A stretch of 64,000 nucleotides of DNA from Ignavibacteriota bacterium (GCA_963776275.1 CAVZMI010000034.1:42371-106370); one strand, 5' to 3'. Counted from the first letter of the stretch, positions 1 through 11,645 are shown. Made by a program: numbers and translations. The notes: generated by a model not told the origin, from the sequence alone.

Positions 1-917
1 TGCAACGATATCATTTTTATGGATATGGTATTTTTGCAGTAACTCGTTTGGCGTACCGGATTCACCAAATACGTCATTCACTGCTACCATCTCAACCGGA
101 ACCGGAGCATTTCGCACCACAACCTGAGCGACAGCATCGCCGAGTCCGTTATTGATCTGATGTTCTTCGGCTGTGACAATTGCACCGGTTTCTCGAGCTG
201 CTGTAATAATCGCTTCACGATCAAGGGGTTTGATTGTGTGCATATTGATAACCCGGGCCTTGATACCTGCTTGGGCCAGCTCATCTGCGGCTTGAAGTGC
301 CTGCCAGACCATTACACCGCATGCGATAATCGTGACATCATTACCCTGCAGAAGTGTATCCGATTTTCCCAGGACAAAAGGAGTTGCGGGATCTGTAAAT
401 ACCGGCAGAGCAGGTCGGCTGAAACGGAGGTATGCGGGCCCTTGAGTTCAGCAATCGCAAATGTCGCTTTTCGTGTCTCGTTCGCATCGCACGGGACTAT
501 AACGGTCATATTCGGGAGTCCGCGCATCAATCCGATATCTTCAAGCATCTGATGTGTCGCTCCATCTTCACCAAGTGTAAGACCGGCGTGTGATGCACAG
601 ATTTTTACATTCATCCTGCTGTAAGCAATACTCTGGCGGATAGTATCGTATACACGACCCGTCGCGAAGACTGCGAATGTTCCTGTGAATGGAATTTTTC
701 CTGTGATCGAGAGCCCGGCCGCCATTCCGATCATATTATGTTCGGCAACGCCTGCGTGCACAAACCGGTCCGGAAACTCTTTAGCGAATTTGTGCATATT
801 GACCGATTCGGTTAAATCCGCACAGAGAGCGACGACATTCGGATTTTTTCGGCCGAGTTCGACGAGTGCTTCACCGAAGGCAACGCGGGTGGCTTTTTGT
901 TCTGCTGCTTGTATCAT
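1..917 (-). CDS. Transketolase C-terminal subunit (partial, runs off the left edge; apparent frameshift near 436-441)
   Basis: [23 protein letters not shown] and GEDGATHQ motifs; C-terminal part continues in another frame ([14 protein letters not shown]). Confidence 0.9.
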
Positions 918-940
918 GAATTTTTCTTCCTTTGCAATAT

Positions 941-1831
941 TTAAGTATTGTTCTTTTCCCATTCAAGTGTTATAAAGTCGCCGAATTTTGTCGGGGCAAG
1001 ATCGGCAAGCGCTTTCTTTGCCTGTTCTTCGTTTGGCGCTACACCATGCCATTTAAAATCTCCCTCCATCCACGGCACTCCTTTGCCCATAATTGTACGA
1101 GCGAGTATCACCGATGGTTTCCCTTTCGTTTGGAATCCTTTATCGATGGCATTTCGGATCTGGTCGATGTTGTGTCCGTCAATTTCCTGCACATCCCAGC
1201 CGAAGGCGGAAAATTTATCCGCCAGCGGATTGATATCGTACAATTTATCCATAAGGCCGTCAATTTGAATATTATTCCGGTCGACTATAGCAAGAAGATT
1301 ATCGAGTTTTCTATATCCCGCCATCATGATGCCCTCCCAGCTCGATCCCTCCTGAAGCTCGCCATCGCTCCCGATCATAACGACGCGGTTTGGCTTTTTG
1401 TCCAGACGCATTCCGAAGGCTGTCCCCGTCGCTACCGACATTCCCTGTCCCAGTGAACCTGAAGCGATTTCAATACCCGGCGCACCATGAATCCACATAG
1501 GCGCAGGATGACCCTGAAGACGGCCGTTGAACTTCCGGTATGTTGCAAGCTCACTCAAAGGGAAATAGCTGGCACGCGCTAAAGCCGAATACCAAACGGC
1601 AGCCACATGCCCGCACGAGACATAGAAATAGTCGCGTCCCTCCCATCCGGGATTGGTAGGATCATATTGTAAGACATTAAAGAATAATGTCGCAAATATA
1701 TCGGCAAGGCCAAGTGGTGCACCTGTATGGCCGGACTTGGCAAGATAGAGCATTTTAATAATATCGCGACGCATCTGTCGTGCCATTTCTTGAAGATCGG
1801 GTGTTTCAAATTTCTGAAATTTCCGTTCCAT
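941..1831 (-). CDS. Transketolase N-terminal subunit
   Basis: SGHTG, LQGHP, GSLGQG, TPP-binding SDGE...[11 protein letters not shown]. Confidence 0.95.
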   Translation of the reverse strand: MERKFQKFETPDLQEMARQMRRDIIKMLYLAKSGHTGAPLGLADIFATLFFNVLQYDPTNPGWEGRDYFYVSCGHVAAVWYSALARASYFPLSELATYRKFNGRLQGHPAPMWIHGAPGIEIASGSLGQGMSVATGTAFGMRLDKKPNRVVMIGSDGELQEGSSWEGIMMAGYRKLDNLLAIVDRNNIQIDGLMDKLYDINPLADKFSAFGWDVQEIDGHNIDQIRNAIDKGFQTKGKPSVILARTIMGKGVPWMEGDFKWHGVAPNEEQAKKALADLAPTKFGDFITLEWEKNNT

Positions 1832-1840
1832 TTTGTCCTT

Positions 1841-2485
1841 TCATTGATCAGAAGAAGATTGACCGCGTTTTGTACGAATCAGACCGCGGATGAAATCCGC
1901 ATGACGCAGAAGGATAAGCATACACAACGCTGTGCACAACCAAATCATTTCATTCCATTGTATCGGTGTCCATAAGCTTACTTCAACCCACGACCGGGGG
2001 AGAAAGAACAACAATATCGGGGTAATAATAGTCGCTACTACATTCCCACCATGTACATCCCGCCAGATCTTGTATGTTATACACCAGAGAAGACACCACA
2101 CGAGGGGAAAAATCGAGCCGAGTAATAACATGACTCCAAGCGCTGTAGCCAGACCACGACCGCCACGAAACCGTAACCAGATATTAAAATCATGTCCGAC
2201 GATTGCCGACAATCCGGCAAGAGCCTGAATCGGATATCCAGACTTCTCGAATCGCGATACGACAACTACAGCAGCTGCTCCTTTGCATACATCAAACAGA
2301 AGAACAGCAATACCCACCCATTTTTTCCGGGTCACCTGAAAACTGTTGAGGGCACCGACATTTCCCGAACCTGCGAGGCGAATATCACGCTGTGAAGAAA
2401 GCTTCACAATGATATAGGCTGCAGGTATCGAGCCGATAAGATATCCGATCAGAATCGCAAGAATGCCACTGGACAGCAACTGCAC
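1841..2485 (-). CDS. plsY: Glycerol-3-phosphate acyltransferase PlsY
   Basis: GYLIGSIP, GSGNVGALN, DVCKG, GHDF..FRGGRGLAT. Confidence 0.92.
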   Translation of the reverse strand: MQLLSSGILAILIGYLIGSIPAAYIIVKLSSQRDIRLAGSGNVGALNSFQVTRKKWVGIAVLLFDVCKGAAAVVVVSRFEKSGYPIQALAGLSAIVGHDFNIWLRFRGGRGLATALGVMLLLGSIFPLVWCLLWCITYKIWRDVHGGNVVATIITPILLFFLPRSWVEVSLWTPIQWNEMIWLCTALCMLILLRHADFIRGLIRTKRGQSSSDQ

Positions 2486-2566
2486 CTCGGTCGAGTAACC
2501 TCAGGAATGATGATTCATCTACTATAAAAATAGGGAAAATATGGTGAAGAAGCAAGGAAGCGGGAC

Positions 2567-2608
2567 GAGGTAAAGGTAGAGGTAAAGGTTAAGGTTAAGG
2601 TTGAGGTG
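2567..2608 (+). repeat. Tandem degenerate hexamer (RAGGTD)x7
   Basis: GAGGTA AAGGTA GAGGTA AAGGTT AAGGTT AAGGTT GAGGTG read directly. Confidence 0.85.
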
Positions 2609-2692
2609 GAACATTATAGTTTGATTGCGCGTCGTCTATATGAGACACTCTCTAGAGAACATTCACCTGAAAGAAGATTTTGAACTACATTA

Positions 2693-2721
2693 TTGAACGA
2701 CTATCAAATTATCGTTATATT
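2693..2721 (+). promoter_or_regulatory. Putative sigma70 promoter
   Basis: TTGAAC-N17-TATATT upstream of ATG 2758. Confidence 0.55.
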
Positions 2722-2757
2722 TTCGATTATGTTGCCCATCGTAAACTCGGAATCCCA

Positions 2758-3648
2758 ATGAGATATTATATACTGTTTTTTCTGACTATTTTCTTCACTT
2801 TCTTTCAGAGAACTAATGCGCAGGAACTTGAATTCGACGTTTCCATCGATGCACAGCAGCTCCCCACGGCAAACAAGGAGTATGTCACCCACTTTGCGGA
2901 AGAGGTGAAGAAGTACCTAAACGATTTTAGATGGACAACCGAAGATTATCTTGGCGAGAAGATTCATTGTACAATGTCGATCTTTTTTCTCTCAGGATCT
3001 CCGGATAACCGATATAGTGTCAGGGTCTTCATCGGGAGCCAGCGACCGATATACCGATCGAACAAAGGAACATTGACATTGCGTATACTCGATGATAAGT
3101 GGGAGTTCAGTTACATCCCCGGACAGGGATTCCGTCACAATGAAACTCAATTCGACCCGTTGTTAAGCTTCCTCGATTTCTACGCCTGCCTCATCATTGG
3201 ATACGATACGGATACATTCTCAGAAATGGGCGGTACCCAATATTTTCAAAGGGCTTCCGATATTGCCGCGCGCGGAGCATCAGAAAATTCGAAGGGGTGG
3301 CCGAAAGGAGGCACCGGCTATACGCGGCAACAGATCATCGAAGACCTGCTAAACTCTAAATATGCCCCTATCCGCAAGGCACTTTTCATATACCATTTTC
3401 ACGGTCTAGATATGCTGGAGACGAATCAGAATCGCGGTCTCGATAATATGCTGTACGCGATCGACCTGATCGGAAAAGCACAAAAAGCTGAGAACACGGC
3501 CCTCCCCCTCGCCAGAATTTTCTTTGAGGCAAAATATCAGGAAATAGCAGATCGCTTTGCCAACTACCCCGACCGTTCGGTGATCGGAAGATTCGCAGAC
3601 TACGACCCAACACATAAGAGGGATTACGACCAAGCCGGCAGAAGATGA
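2758..3648 (+). CDS. DUF4835 family protein (T9SS PorD-like)
   Basis: Signal peptide ending AQEL; W(T)-, RPIY, LDFYACLIIGYDTDTF and YHFHGLD segments typical of DUF4835. Confidence 0.8.
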   Translation: MRYYILFFLTIFFTFFQRTNAQELEFDVSIDAQQLPTANKEYVTHFAEEVKKYLNDFRWTTEDYLGEKIHCTMSIFFLSGSPDNRYSVRVFIGSQRPIYRSNKGTLTLRILDDKWEFSYIPGQGFRHNETQFDPLLSFLDFYACLIIGYDTDTFSEMGGTQYFQRASDIAARGASENSKGWPKGGTGYTRQQIIEDLLNSKYAPIRKALFIYHFHGLDMLETNQNRGLDNMLYAIDLIGKAQKAENTALPLARIFFEAKYQEIADRFANYPDRSVIGRFADYDPTHKRDYDQAGRR

Positions 3649-3679
3649 CTAAAGTATATATAAATTTCCCGCCCCGTTT

Positions 3680-3880
3680 TTACTTTTTACGACGAAGCTT
3701 CGACAATGATTTTTCGTCAGCAGCATACTGCTCCATATAACCGCACGATGTACAAATATACCGCGTAAGGTTCGCAAAACCGAACATATCAACCTTAATT
3801 ACATTATATGTACCAATATCGCTGGGTATGACTGTTATTTTCTTGGAGGAGCATTTTGGACAAACGCCTGTAGATTTCAT
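3680..3880 (-). CDS. Small zinc-ribbon protein
   Basis: CPKC...CTSCGYME, 66 aa. Confidence 0.7.
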   Translation of the reverse strand: MKSTGVCPKCSSKKITVIPSDIGTYNVIKVDMFGFANLTRYICTSCGYMEQYAADEKSLSKLRRKK

Positions 3881-3967
3881 GATGATTTTCCGGAATATTT
3901 TTTCATTTAATGATCTGATTTACTCAAGGTTACAAGTCGTCGGTTTTTATCAACAAATATGAAATCA

Positions 3968-4099
3968 TTACATAATTTCAATTGCCTTCTCCAGAACAAT
4001 ATCATGTTCATCTTTAATACTTTCAGATGCATCAATCACAATATTAGGAAATATACCAACGTCTTCAAGAATTGTCATATCCAATTTATATTCAACTGT
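3968..4099 (-). pseudogene. 3' remnant of an S41-peptidase-like gene
   Basis: Manual translation TVEYKLDMTILEDVGIFPNIVIDASESIKDEHDIVLEKAIEIM*, resembling S41 C-termini (E..GI.P.I.V...D..LEKAIE). Confidence 0.5.
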
Positions 4100-4100
4100 C

Positions 4101-7100
4101 TCATTCTTCCATAGAAAAACCATGAAATCCCACAACAGGCTTTTCGCCGCGCGTATCGGCGTTCTCCAATTCCATTTTAACTAAACGCTGCTCGCCGGGC
4201 ATAAGCGAAATATAATTATCGCTGTATATAACCGGTAAAATTCTCTCTCCGCTTTTTTCTCCCGTCACTCTCAACACAACCATCAGCGCGGGTTGATTGG
4301 TATTGTTTTTCAGACTGGTCGTCAAATACCAGCGGTTCCCTTTCTGTTCCACTTTTGTGTCCGAGTCCAATTTCACCTTTGGAAGTTTTCGAATCGCTTT
4401 GAGATCACCTTCTTCCAATCCGCGCCAGTAAAAATTTTCCGAGATCACTTCGCCGCCTCTTTCAAGCTTGAGTCTGATAAAACAAACGCGGCTCAGGCTA
4501 TCGGCAGATTCAATCCTGAAACAACGTATTATGCTGTCTTCCGGACAACTCATCGTTGTTTTCCTTTTTATTTTTACCGTTCCGTCCAGACCGATAATTT
4601 CCATGCTTGCCGTAAGCTCGCGACCGTTCGGAACGCTGTAATTAACAACTTCAATGCTGTCGCTCAATGGATTCCACTGAATATGCAGCGGTTCGCAGGC
4701 TTTCTTGCAGCCGAAATAAGCTGCTGTCGGCTCGAAGTAATAATCATAGGTTTGCCAGACAAGAGAAGGCCATGCAGGGTGGCTCATCCATAATAACATT
4801 CCCATCCTGTTCTTACCTTGAGCTTCAAACATTGCGCGATATCCCTGGTAATTCATCCACTGTGAGAATGAAAGCCACTCTTTCAAATCATTCATGGGTC
4901 CAAAACTTTCCTCAAGCTGTTGAATAAATGACGATCCACCTTGAGCACCATTCAGACAAAAATCGTGGATCCCCCACATGCGCTCCCGGGGCCATATTGC
5001 AGAATCGGGCATCATTTGTTTTAGACTTTCAAACGAGACGATGTCAGGCATCCCCATTTCACTGTGGAGTTTTTCCGTAGCCCTTTTTTCGAAATAAAAC
5101 TTTGTCGGCATTGCCCTATAGGGCCCTCCACCGCTCACCACTCCGAATGCCGAGTTTGATATGTAGTGCACATCCGGGTGTAATTCCTCCAATAATTTCC
5201 TGATTGCCGAATCTATTACCTCAGGCGGATTGCCTTCGTTACGCCCACAGTATAATGCGAGTGAGGGGTGATTGCGAATTCGCTTCACGAAGTCTTCCAC
5301 ATTCCGTACGAACATTTCATTGTCGCTTGGGTTCGGACCGTCTACCGGGTTCGCCAGCCAGAAATCCTGCCATATCATAATACCGTGGCGGTCACAAGCC
5401 TTATAAAATTCTTCATCGCCCGTCTGTCCGACCCAGTTTCTAATCATGGTGAAATTCATCTCTTTGTGATATCGTACTGCGATATCATACTCCCTTCCCC
5501 GATAACGAAGCATCGATTCGGAAAAACCCCAGTTGCCGCCTTTGCCGATGAACCTCCTGCCGTTAATCCAGATTTTCAAAATCCCACCATCTTCGGAGTA
5601 AATCATTTCTCTGATGCCCGTTGAAAACGAAATTGAATCCGATACTCGATCATCTGCAAGAACGAATGTAAGTTCAACATTATACAAATTAGGTTTACCG
5701 TATCCGTTCGGCCACCACAACGCGGGATTGTGCAAGTGAAGCGACGGGTGTGTAGAGGAATTAAATCTTACCCTCGCTTTTTCAGAAGCTTTAAGTGTAA
5801 CAGATTGTTCAAAAGCAACCCCGCTGAATTTACCTCGCAGCGTTCCCGTTACGCGTTCCGAGCTATGATTACAAAGAAGTGCTTCTATAGTTACATCAGC
5901 CGACGATGTATCCGGAAGGGGTAGTTTGGTTGAAATAAAAGGATTTTCAATTGTGACGGAGCCACTCACCGACAGGTAAACGTCGTTCCAGATGCCGGTA
6001 TTGCGTCCGCGTATAGTCGGTATCCAATCCCAGCCGATAGATGCATGAAAGGTCGGATTATCTGCACCAAGCTCGCCGCCGTTTGCATCGGGACTGAATT
6101 TTGTTTGTTCGGTGACAAATCCGGGTGCGGCATTTTTTTCGATATGTACAGCAATCACATTTTTCTTTCCAGTGATAATGATGCCTGAAACATCGAATTT
6201 GCCGCGCGTAAAAGCTCCTTCTATCCGCCCGAGCTTTTGTCCGTTCAGAAAAACTTCCGCTTTCCAGTTTATTCCATCGAAGTCAAGAGATATCCGTTTC
6301 CCTTTATAGGAAGCTGGAGCAATGAACTCGTCCCTGTACCAGAAATCCGAATAGAAGTAAGAATCCGAAATCATCAATTGATTATCTCCATAGTTCGGAT
6401 CGGGCAGAGCCCCCGCGTTGAGGTAACTGACAAGCACTGTTGCCGGTACGGTTGCAACAATCCAGCTGCTGTCATTGAATCCTGGTCTGGACAAAGCTTC
6501 ACCGTCGGCGTGAACCTGCGAGCTGCGCTGAAGCTTCCATGCACCTCCGGACAAATACAATTTCCCATCTTCTTTCACAGAAGGCTGGGCATGCGGGATC
6601 GCTACGGGACCACCCCTGCCGTACACTTCCAATTCACTTAAAATGTAATTGCTGTCTATAGCGGGCTTTTTTAAAAGTATGCGCACATACTTTCCTTTAA
6701 CAGGTTTGCTTAATTTAATATCATCGGTGTATCCCCAATTCTTAGACAGCAACATGACATCCTTCCAGTGCGTTGCGTCGTCCGACACCTGAATCGAACC
6801 GGCCACAGCGCGGTGTAACCAATAGAGAACAATTCGATCAAATGAACATTCAGCGCCCAGATCTACATAGACCCACTCCTCCCCTTTGCCTTCGCTCATC
6901 CATGCGCTGGAAAACTGGTATGCGTCATCCGATAATGGAACGTGTTCCGTTGGTGAACATGGCAAACTCGCCGATACCCCAACTCTTGGCATTAGGGGAA
7001 TGTAAATCAACCCGATAGAACCGGTGGTGAGACGGTTTCTTCAAATTAAAAGGATAATTGAATATTCGAAAGTTGGGCGGAAGAAATTTTCGGAAAAAAC

Positions 7101-7662
7101 CGGTAATAGTGTCTCCAGGGAGACCGCCACCGCTTACAGTACCCAATGTCTCCCAATTTCTCCCTTCATCAGAAACGCTTACAGCCATCTCCCAATGTTT
7201 AGGTTCCAGACTGTCAACCAGAAGGCTGCATGTTACAGCGATGCTATCCACCTGCGGGATAATACTATTCCCGCTAATTTCTACCTGAGTCCAGACATTC
7301 GGACCTACCAGATTTTTCCCTGTCATCATGTGACGATCCAAAACCCATTCTCTCTCGTTCTTTTTAGCTACTCCATCGCTGTAGGTCGTAACTACAAAGG
7401 GGGGAAGTTGTGATTCTTTTATTCCATCGGTAACAAGCTGCGCAGCCAGATTATAATCGTAACTGCTCGAATTGTAAGCCGGCCTGTGTAAAGCAAGGTT
7501 TCTGTACGTTGTATTATCTATTTTTATCGACGGAGAGAAATCTTCTTTTGCGTCCCCCGGGTATATACCCACGCCGCGTGTGTGCACCTGAGCCTTTGTC
7601 GTAGTGAAGACTAATATCGCAAGAAGAATAAAAAAGGTATGGAGTAGAGTCATTTTTTTCAT
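4101..7662 (-). CDS. Secreted GH2 glycoside hydrolase with discoidin/F5-8 type C domain (beta-mannosidase/exo-glucosaminidase-like); split near 6925
   Basis: WDWIP, GGNWG, MIRNW, NHPSLALYCGRNE, HSEMG; ORFs 6925..7662 (signal peptide) and 4101..7010 join. Confidence 0.88.
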
Positions 7663-7738
7663 AATACTTCCTGTCGAAACTGGATGATTGATACTTCTCT
7701 CCCCATCAATCTGTCAGCTCGTGAAGCAGAAGCTCTGC

Positions 7739-9605
7739 TTATGGTGCCTGCACGACGGTGATTTCAAACGGTTTTAAGTTCAATGAAACATCACTAATAA
7801 CAGGTCCGCCGAATCGCACGTAACTTGTATCCTGCTTCACTGATAGCTCCTTGTTGTTCACTGCTTCACGCCAACCGGAAGTCGGAACCTTCTGGATGAA
7901 CCTAAGCGTCATCGCCGCTGTTTCATCGCTCATGTTATAAAGGACATATTGCTTGTCGCCGAACAAGTACATGCCGACACCTCCGGGGCCATCCAACTCC
8001 GTTCCAAGTTCTCTTACGAAGGCACGTCGAATTAAATTCAGAGCCTGCGCGGGGAGACGCAGCAGATCGTAGCTGTTCTCCGGCATATTTAAGACGTATA
8101 TTCTTCCGTTGAGATACTGCACGTTAAAAAGGACTCCGAAGTCGTAGTCATCCTTCTCCACGGCTACATCGCGCGCGTAAGGCCAGGTGGTCGTTTCGAT
8201 GCGGGGGAAAGTGAAAGTCCTGTCCGCCTTGATGAGATCCTCCCGGAACCATCCTTCTCTCAGCCTGAATTCATCCAACGTCACGCTCCCACCGTAATCA
8301 ACCAGATTCAGAGTATTCTTGAATTCTGTATTCTGAAGTTTTTTCCAGAGCCCCCACGTCATAAACAGGTCTCTTCCTTCACGCAGTCGTACAAGCATCT
8401 CATCGGCGAGTCCGGGATCCTTGAGTGAGTGGAGAGTGAAGATTGCATTCTGACTTTGCGCCGGAAACTTTGCTACTGGAGTGAGCGGAATCCCCGCCAT
8501 GCCCAAATAACCGAAAATATTGTATTCGCCTGTAGAGCCGTAAGGCAAATAGATCGGGACTCCGCGCGAAGGACCGTTCAGCATTCCAGCAACTCGGTCG
8601 AACTCCTGCAGCTTATCGCGGAAATAAGGGTAAACGTCGCTTGACGGACCGGTTGCAGGATGAAGCTGACCTGCGCACCAGAGGATTATCTCCGGTGTCT
8701 GTGCAAGAACCGCCTGCCAGACCTGAGCATTGTAATCGTTATAGTCTCCCTTCATATCGTAATTGTCCAACCACGAGCCGACCCACTTGGAGGAATCGAC
8801 GCTTGAATACCATTTCTGGAAAATATAACCGCTGTAGATCGGTATATGCTGGTCGTGATTCATTCGATTCCGTGTTTCGATGCCGACGGCCATATTATCA
8901 AATAGATGAGTTTCGTTGTAAACGTCGTAACCGTTGTCTCCGAATCCTTCGTACCAGTTCGGGTACTTGATGATGATCCTGACCTCAGGATTTACTTGTT
9001 TGGCTGGAGCGATAATATATTTTTTAGATTGTTCGAGCAATAGTTTTGTGCGGTATTCGGCCCAGGTTTGATTGCCCCGTTCTTCGTAACTTTTCGGATC
9101 AGTAGCCAATGTGAAGAGCCAGTCGTCGATAATGATATCGTCGAAGATCCCAGCCAGCGCGCTCATTCGTTTCTCGAGGGCTGCCATGTCCCTGGGGTCG
9201 TTGTAGGTCAACGGACACTTGTGCTCCGAACGGCACCATTCCTCCTGAGACTCTGATACCCATGGCCCGAAACCTGTCGGCGATTTTTTTCATCATTGGA
9301 ATATCTATTTCTCCGCGGGTGGTCCCTTCGAGATATACATGATTAGCTTTTATCGGTGCGAAGTATTCCATCGTCTTCTGGAATTTAACAGGATCGGCGA
9401 GAAGCGAATCGATATCCCGCGATGTGAAGTAGATCGCGTACTTCAAGTGCGGCCAGCCCGCTTCGCTCGTCTCGCCTTCGGCTCGCCGAAGCGAACGAGG
9501 CGAGCCCGCTATCTTGCTGTTCTCTTGACCGTGAGCAAAGCGTGTACCCAGAAGCAGGATGGATATCAGTCCGAGGGTAAAGTATTTTGGAATTGTATTT
9601 TTCAT
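7739..9605 (-). CDS. Secreted conserved hypothetical protein, possibly a glycoside hydrolase-like TIM barrel; split near 9215
   Basis: Signal peptide; IIIDDWLF, IIKYPNWY, GIETR; ORFs 9099..9650 and 7739..9211 join; co-oriented with the GH2 gene. Confidence 0.6.
9455..9510. repeat. Palindromic REP-like element, in frame inside the CDS
   Basis: Nested stems GCTCGTCTCG/CGAGGCGAGC and CTTCGGC/GCCGAAG; AGCCCGCT repeated 48 bp apart. Confidence 0.7.
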
Positions 9606-9659
9606 CACACACTCCTTGCTGAGTCTATTGGAATAGTCATATTGTTTCAATGTGTTTCA

Positions 9660-9752
9660 CCATAATCAGCTTATCCGGCATCAAAAAAAAGTCGAAAGCA
9701 TTCGGGGAAAGGTGATGGTAGTGTAGGAAGAAGCTTTTAAAAATGCAAGGAG
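9660..9752. repeat. Island-flanking direct repeat, left copy (contains a minus-strand promoter)
   Basis: Matches 16336-16425; 36 bp exact core 9717-9752 = 16390-16425. Confidence 0.92.
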
Positions 9753-9848
9753 AGAGTAAAAATCCTCAGAGATTTATGATTGCCCGCGTTTAATAGATGC
9801 AAAGTCAATTCCGCCGTAACGGAACCGACCCTGCCGTCGTTGTTCCAT

Positions 9849-10133
9849 TTATCTAATAAATATTAATTTCTTAGTCCGAACCATATCTCCCGCTCGAAGT
9901 CTGTAAAAATAAAATCCCGACGCCAGATCTTGTGAGTTAAACTTATAAGAATATTTCCCGACAGATCGCTCTCCATCAATCAAAACTGCAACTTCTTCAC
10001 CGATCAAATTGAACAAAGTCAGCCGAACATGCGACGTGATATTGTTTCTTAATATAAGCATTAATATCGAATTTTCTTCTGGGACATTATTACGATTACA
10101 ATATAAAAAGTACAAATTGAACTTACCTTTCAA
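9849..10133 (-). pseudogene. Isolated T9SS type A C-terminal sorting domain (remnant)
   Basis: VRLTLFNLIGEEVAVL...LASGFYFYRL...KKLIFIR, with no upstream passenger domain. Confidence 0.65.
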
Positions 10134-10216
10134 ATCACTTAACTTACAAGTAGAATAAGAAAGTCGTATTTAAATAATACAAGGATTCTATGGATTCGGG
10201 GATAAACACCATATAA

Positions 10217-10954
10217 ATGAATGATAACATGAAAAAAACTAGGACTATTATACACCCTGCGAGAATTATCAAAAAACCAGTAGCTATCCCTCAAATTGTT
10301 AGTCTTCGGAAAAAGGCTATTCAAGCCACTAAAATTCTTCGTTCAATTTACCATTCACCACAGCATAACAATAAACAAGACCCACTCGATGAGATCGTGT
10401 TCATTATACTGTCCCAAATGACAACATATCGGAGTTTCGAACGAGTATTTGACCGGCTAAAGAAAATCGCTCCAACTTGGGAAATGGTTCGTCGGATGCA
10501 GCTGAAGCGGCTGAAGAGACTCATCAAGGATGCGGGGCTTAGCAACCAGAAGGCACCTCGAATAAGGGCGGTATTGAACAGACTGCGGAATGACTTTGGT
10601 AGGGTAACGCTAGAGCCGCTTAGGCAAATGAAAACCAGTGATGCCGAAGCCTATCTGGTTTCCCTCCCCGGAGTACAAATGAAGAGTGCAAAGTGCGTAT
10701 TAATGTACTCATTGAAACGCAAAGTTCTCCCAATTGATACTCATGTACTGAGAGTAGCACGTAGGCTCGGGCTCTTGGATGATTTGGTCATTTCAGAGAA
10801 GGCTCATCGGCGACTAGAAGCAATAGTTGAACCTTCGTTTCGTTATGCATTCCATGTTAATTCTGTCTCTCACGGTCGATCGATTTGCCTTACGGCCAAC
10901 CCACGTTGTCCCTTGTGCAGGCTGAAACGACTTTGCGATTACTACAAAAAGTGA
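10217..10954 (+). CDS. Endonuclease III-like HhH-GPD DNA glycosylase with 4Fe-4S motif
   Basis: IILSQMT, HhH LPGVQMKSA, PIDTHV, C-x6-C-x2-C-x5-C (CLTANPRCPLCRLKRLC). Confidence 0.88.
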   Translation: MNDNMKKTRTIIHPARIIKKPVAIPQIVSLRKKAIQATKILRSIYHSPQHNNKQDPLDEIVFIILSQMTTYRSFERVFDRLKKIAPTWEMVRRMQLKRLKRLIKDAGLSNQKAPRIRAVLNRLRNDFGRVTLEPLRQMKTSDAEAYLVSLPGVQMKSAKCVLMYSLKRKVLPIDTHVLRVARRLGLLDDLVISEKAHRRLEAIVEPSFRYAFHVNSVSHGRSICLTANPRCPLCRLKRLCDYYKK

Positions 10955-11045
10955 TCTAGGGGCATTGCTTGATTTCGACATACGGCGCCTACACCCTGTG
11001 GTGAGCAATGTCCGGTTGTGACCTCCGATGGGTCAGAGGACTAAA

Positions 11046-11645
11046 ATGGCCAATCAGAAAATAGATGATGAAAACGAATTTCTCGAGAGTGAAGACGACT
11101 TCAACCGTGAACTCGAAATAGCTATAAGAGAAGCATACCCAGCCCTTCTCAATAGGGTCAGGACTGCGGGGTTTGCAGGCTATCGCCGACGCTTGGGTTT
11201 GGAAAAGGATCTAGCCGATGAGGCAGTCTTCCATTTTATAAAGCATTGTAAACGCAAACACACGCTCCCTGACAATGCACTTAAATATCTTGTTGCCATT
11301 GCCCGCAATATCGCAAAGAAAGAGTACCGCAACAAGGATAGGATTACCCCTCTATCCCGAAGGAGTGTATCCAGTTTATCTATCGCTGAACTTACAATAA
11401 CGGAGGACATACAAGAGGTTGAATTGGAAGGGGACGAGGCTTCATACCAGGAGATACTCATGGAGAAAGTTCGCATCATGATTGAAAAACTGCCCCCCAA
11501 GCAGCGGAAAGCGGTTAAACTCCATATAGAAGATCCAGCAGCAACACAAAAGCAGCAGGCCGAAAGAATGGGTGTAGATGAAGGCGCTTTTCGAAAGGAT
11601 CTTACAAGGGCAATGGATAGACTTAAACGGGAACTGAATCCTTGA
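11046..11645 (+). CDS. ECF-like sigma70 factor
   Basis: Region 2-like YLVAIARNIAKKEYR; region 4 HTH LPPKQRKAVKL...QAERMGV...DLTRAMDRL; GAGGA RBS. Confidence 0.75.
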   Translation: MANQKIDDENEFLESEDDFNRELEIAIREAYPALLNRVRTAGFAGYRRRLGLEKDLADEAVFHFIKHCKRKHTLPDNALKYLVAIARNIAKKEYRNKDRITPLSRRSVSSLSIAELTITEDIQEVELEGDEASYQEILMEKVRIMIEKLPPKQRKAVKLHIEDPAATQKQQAERMGVDEGAFRKDLTRAMDRLKRELNP

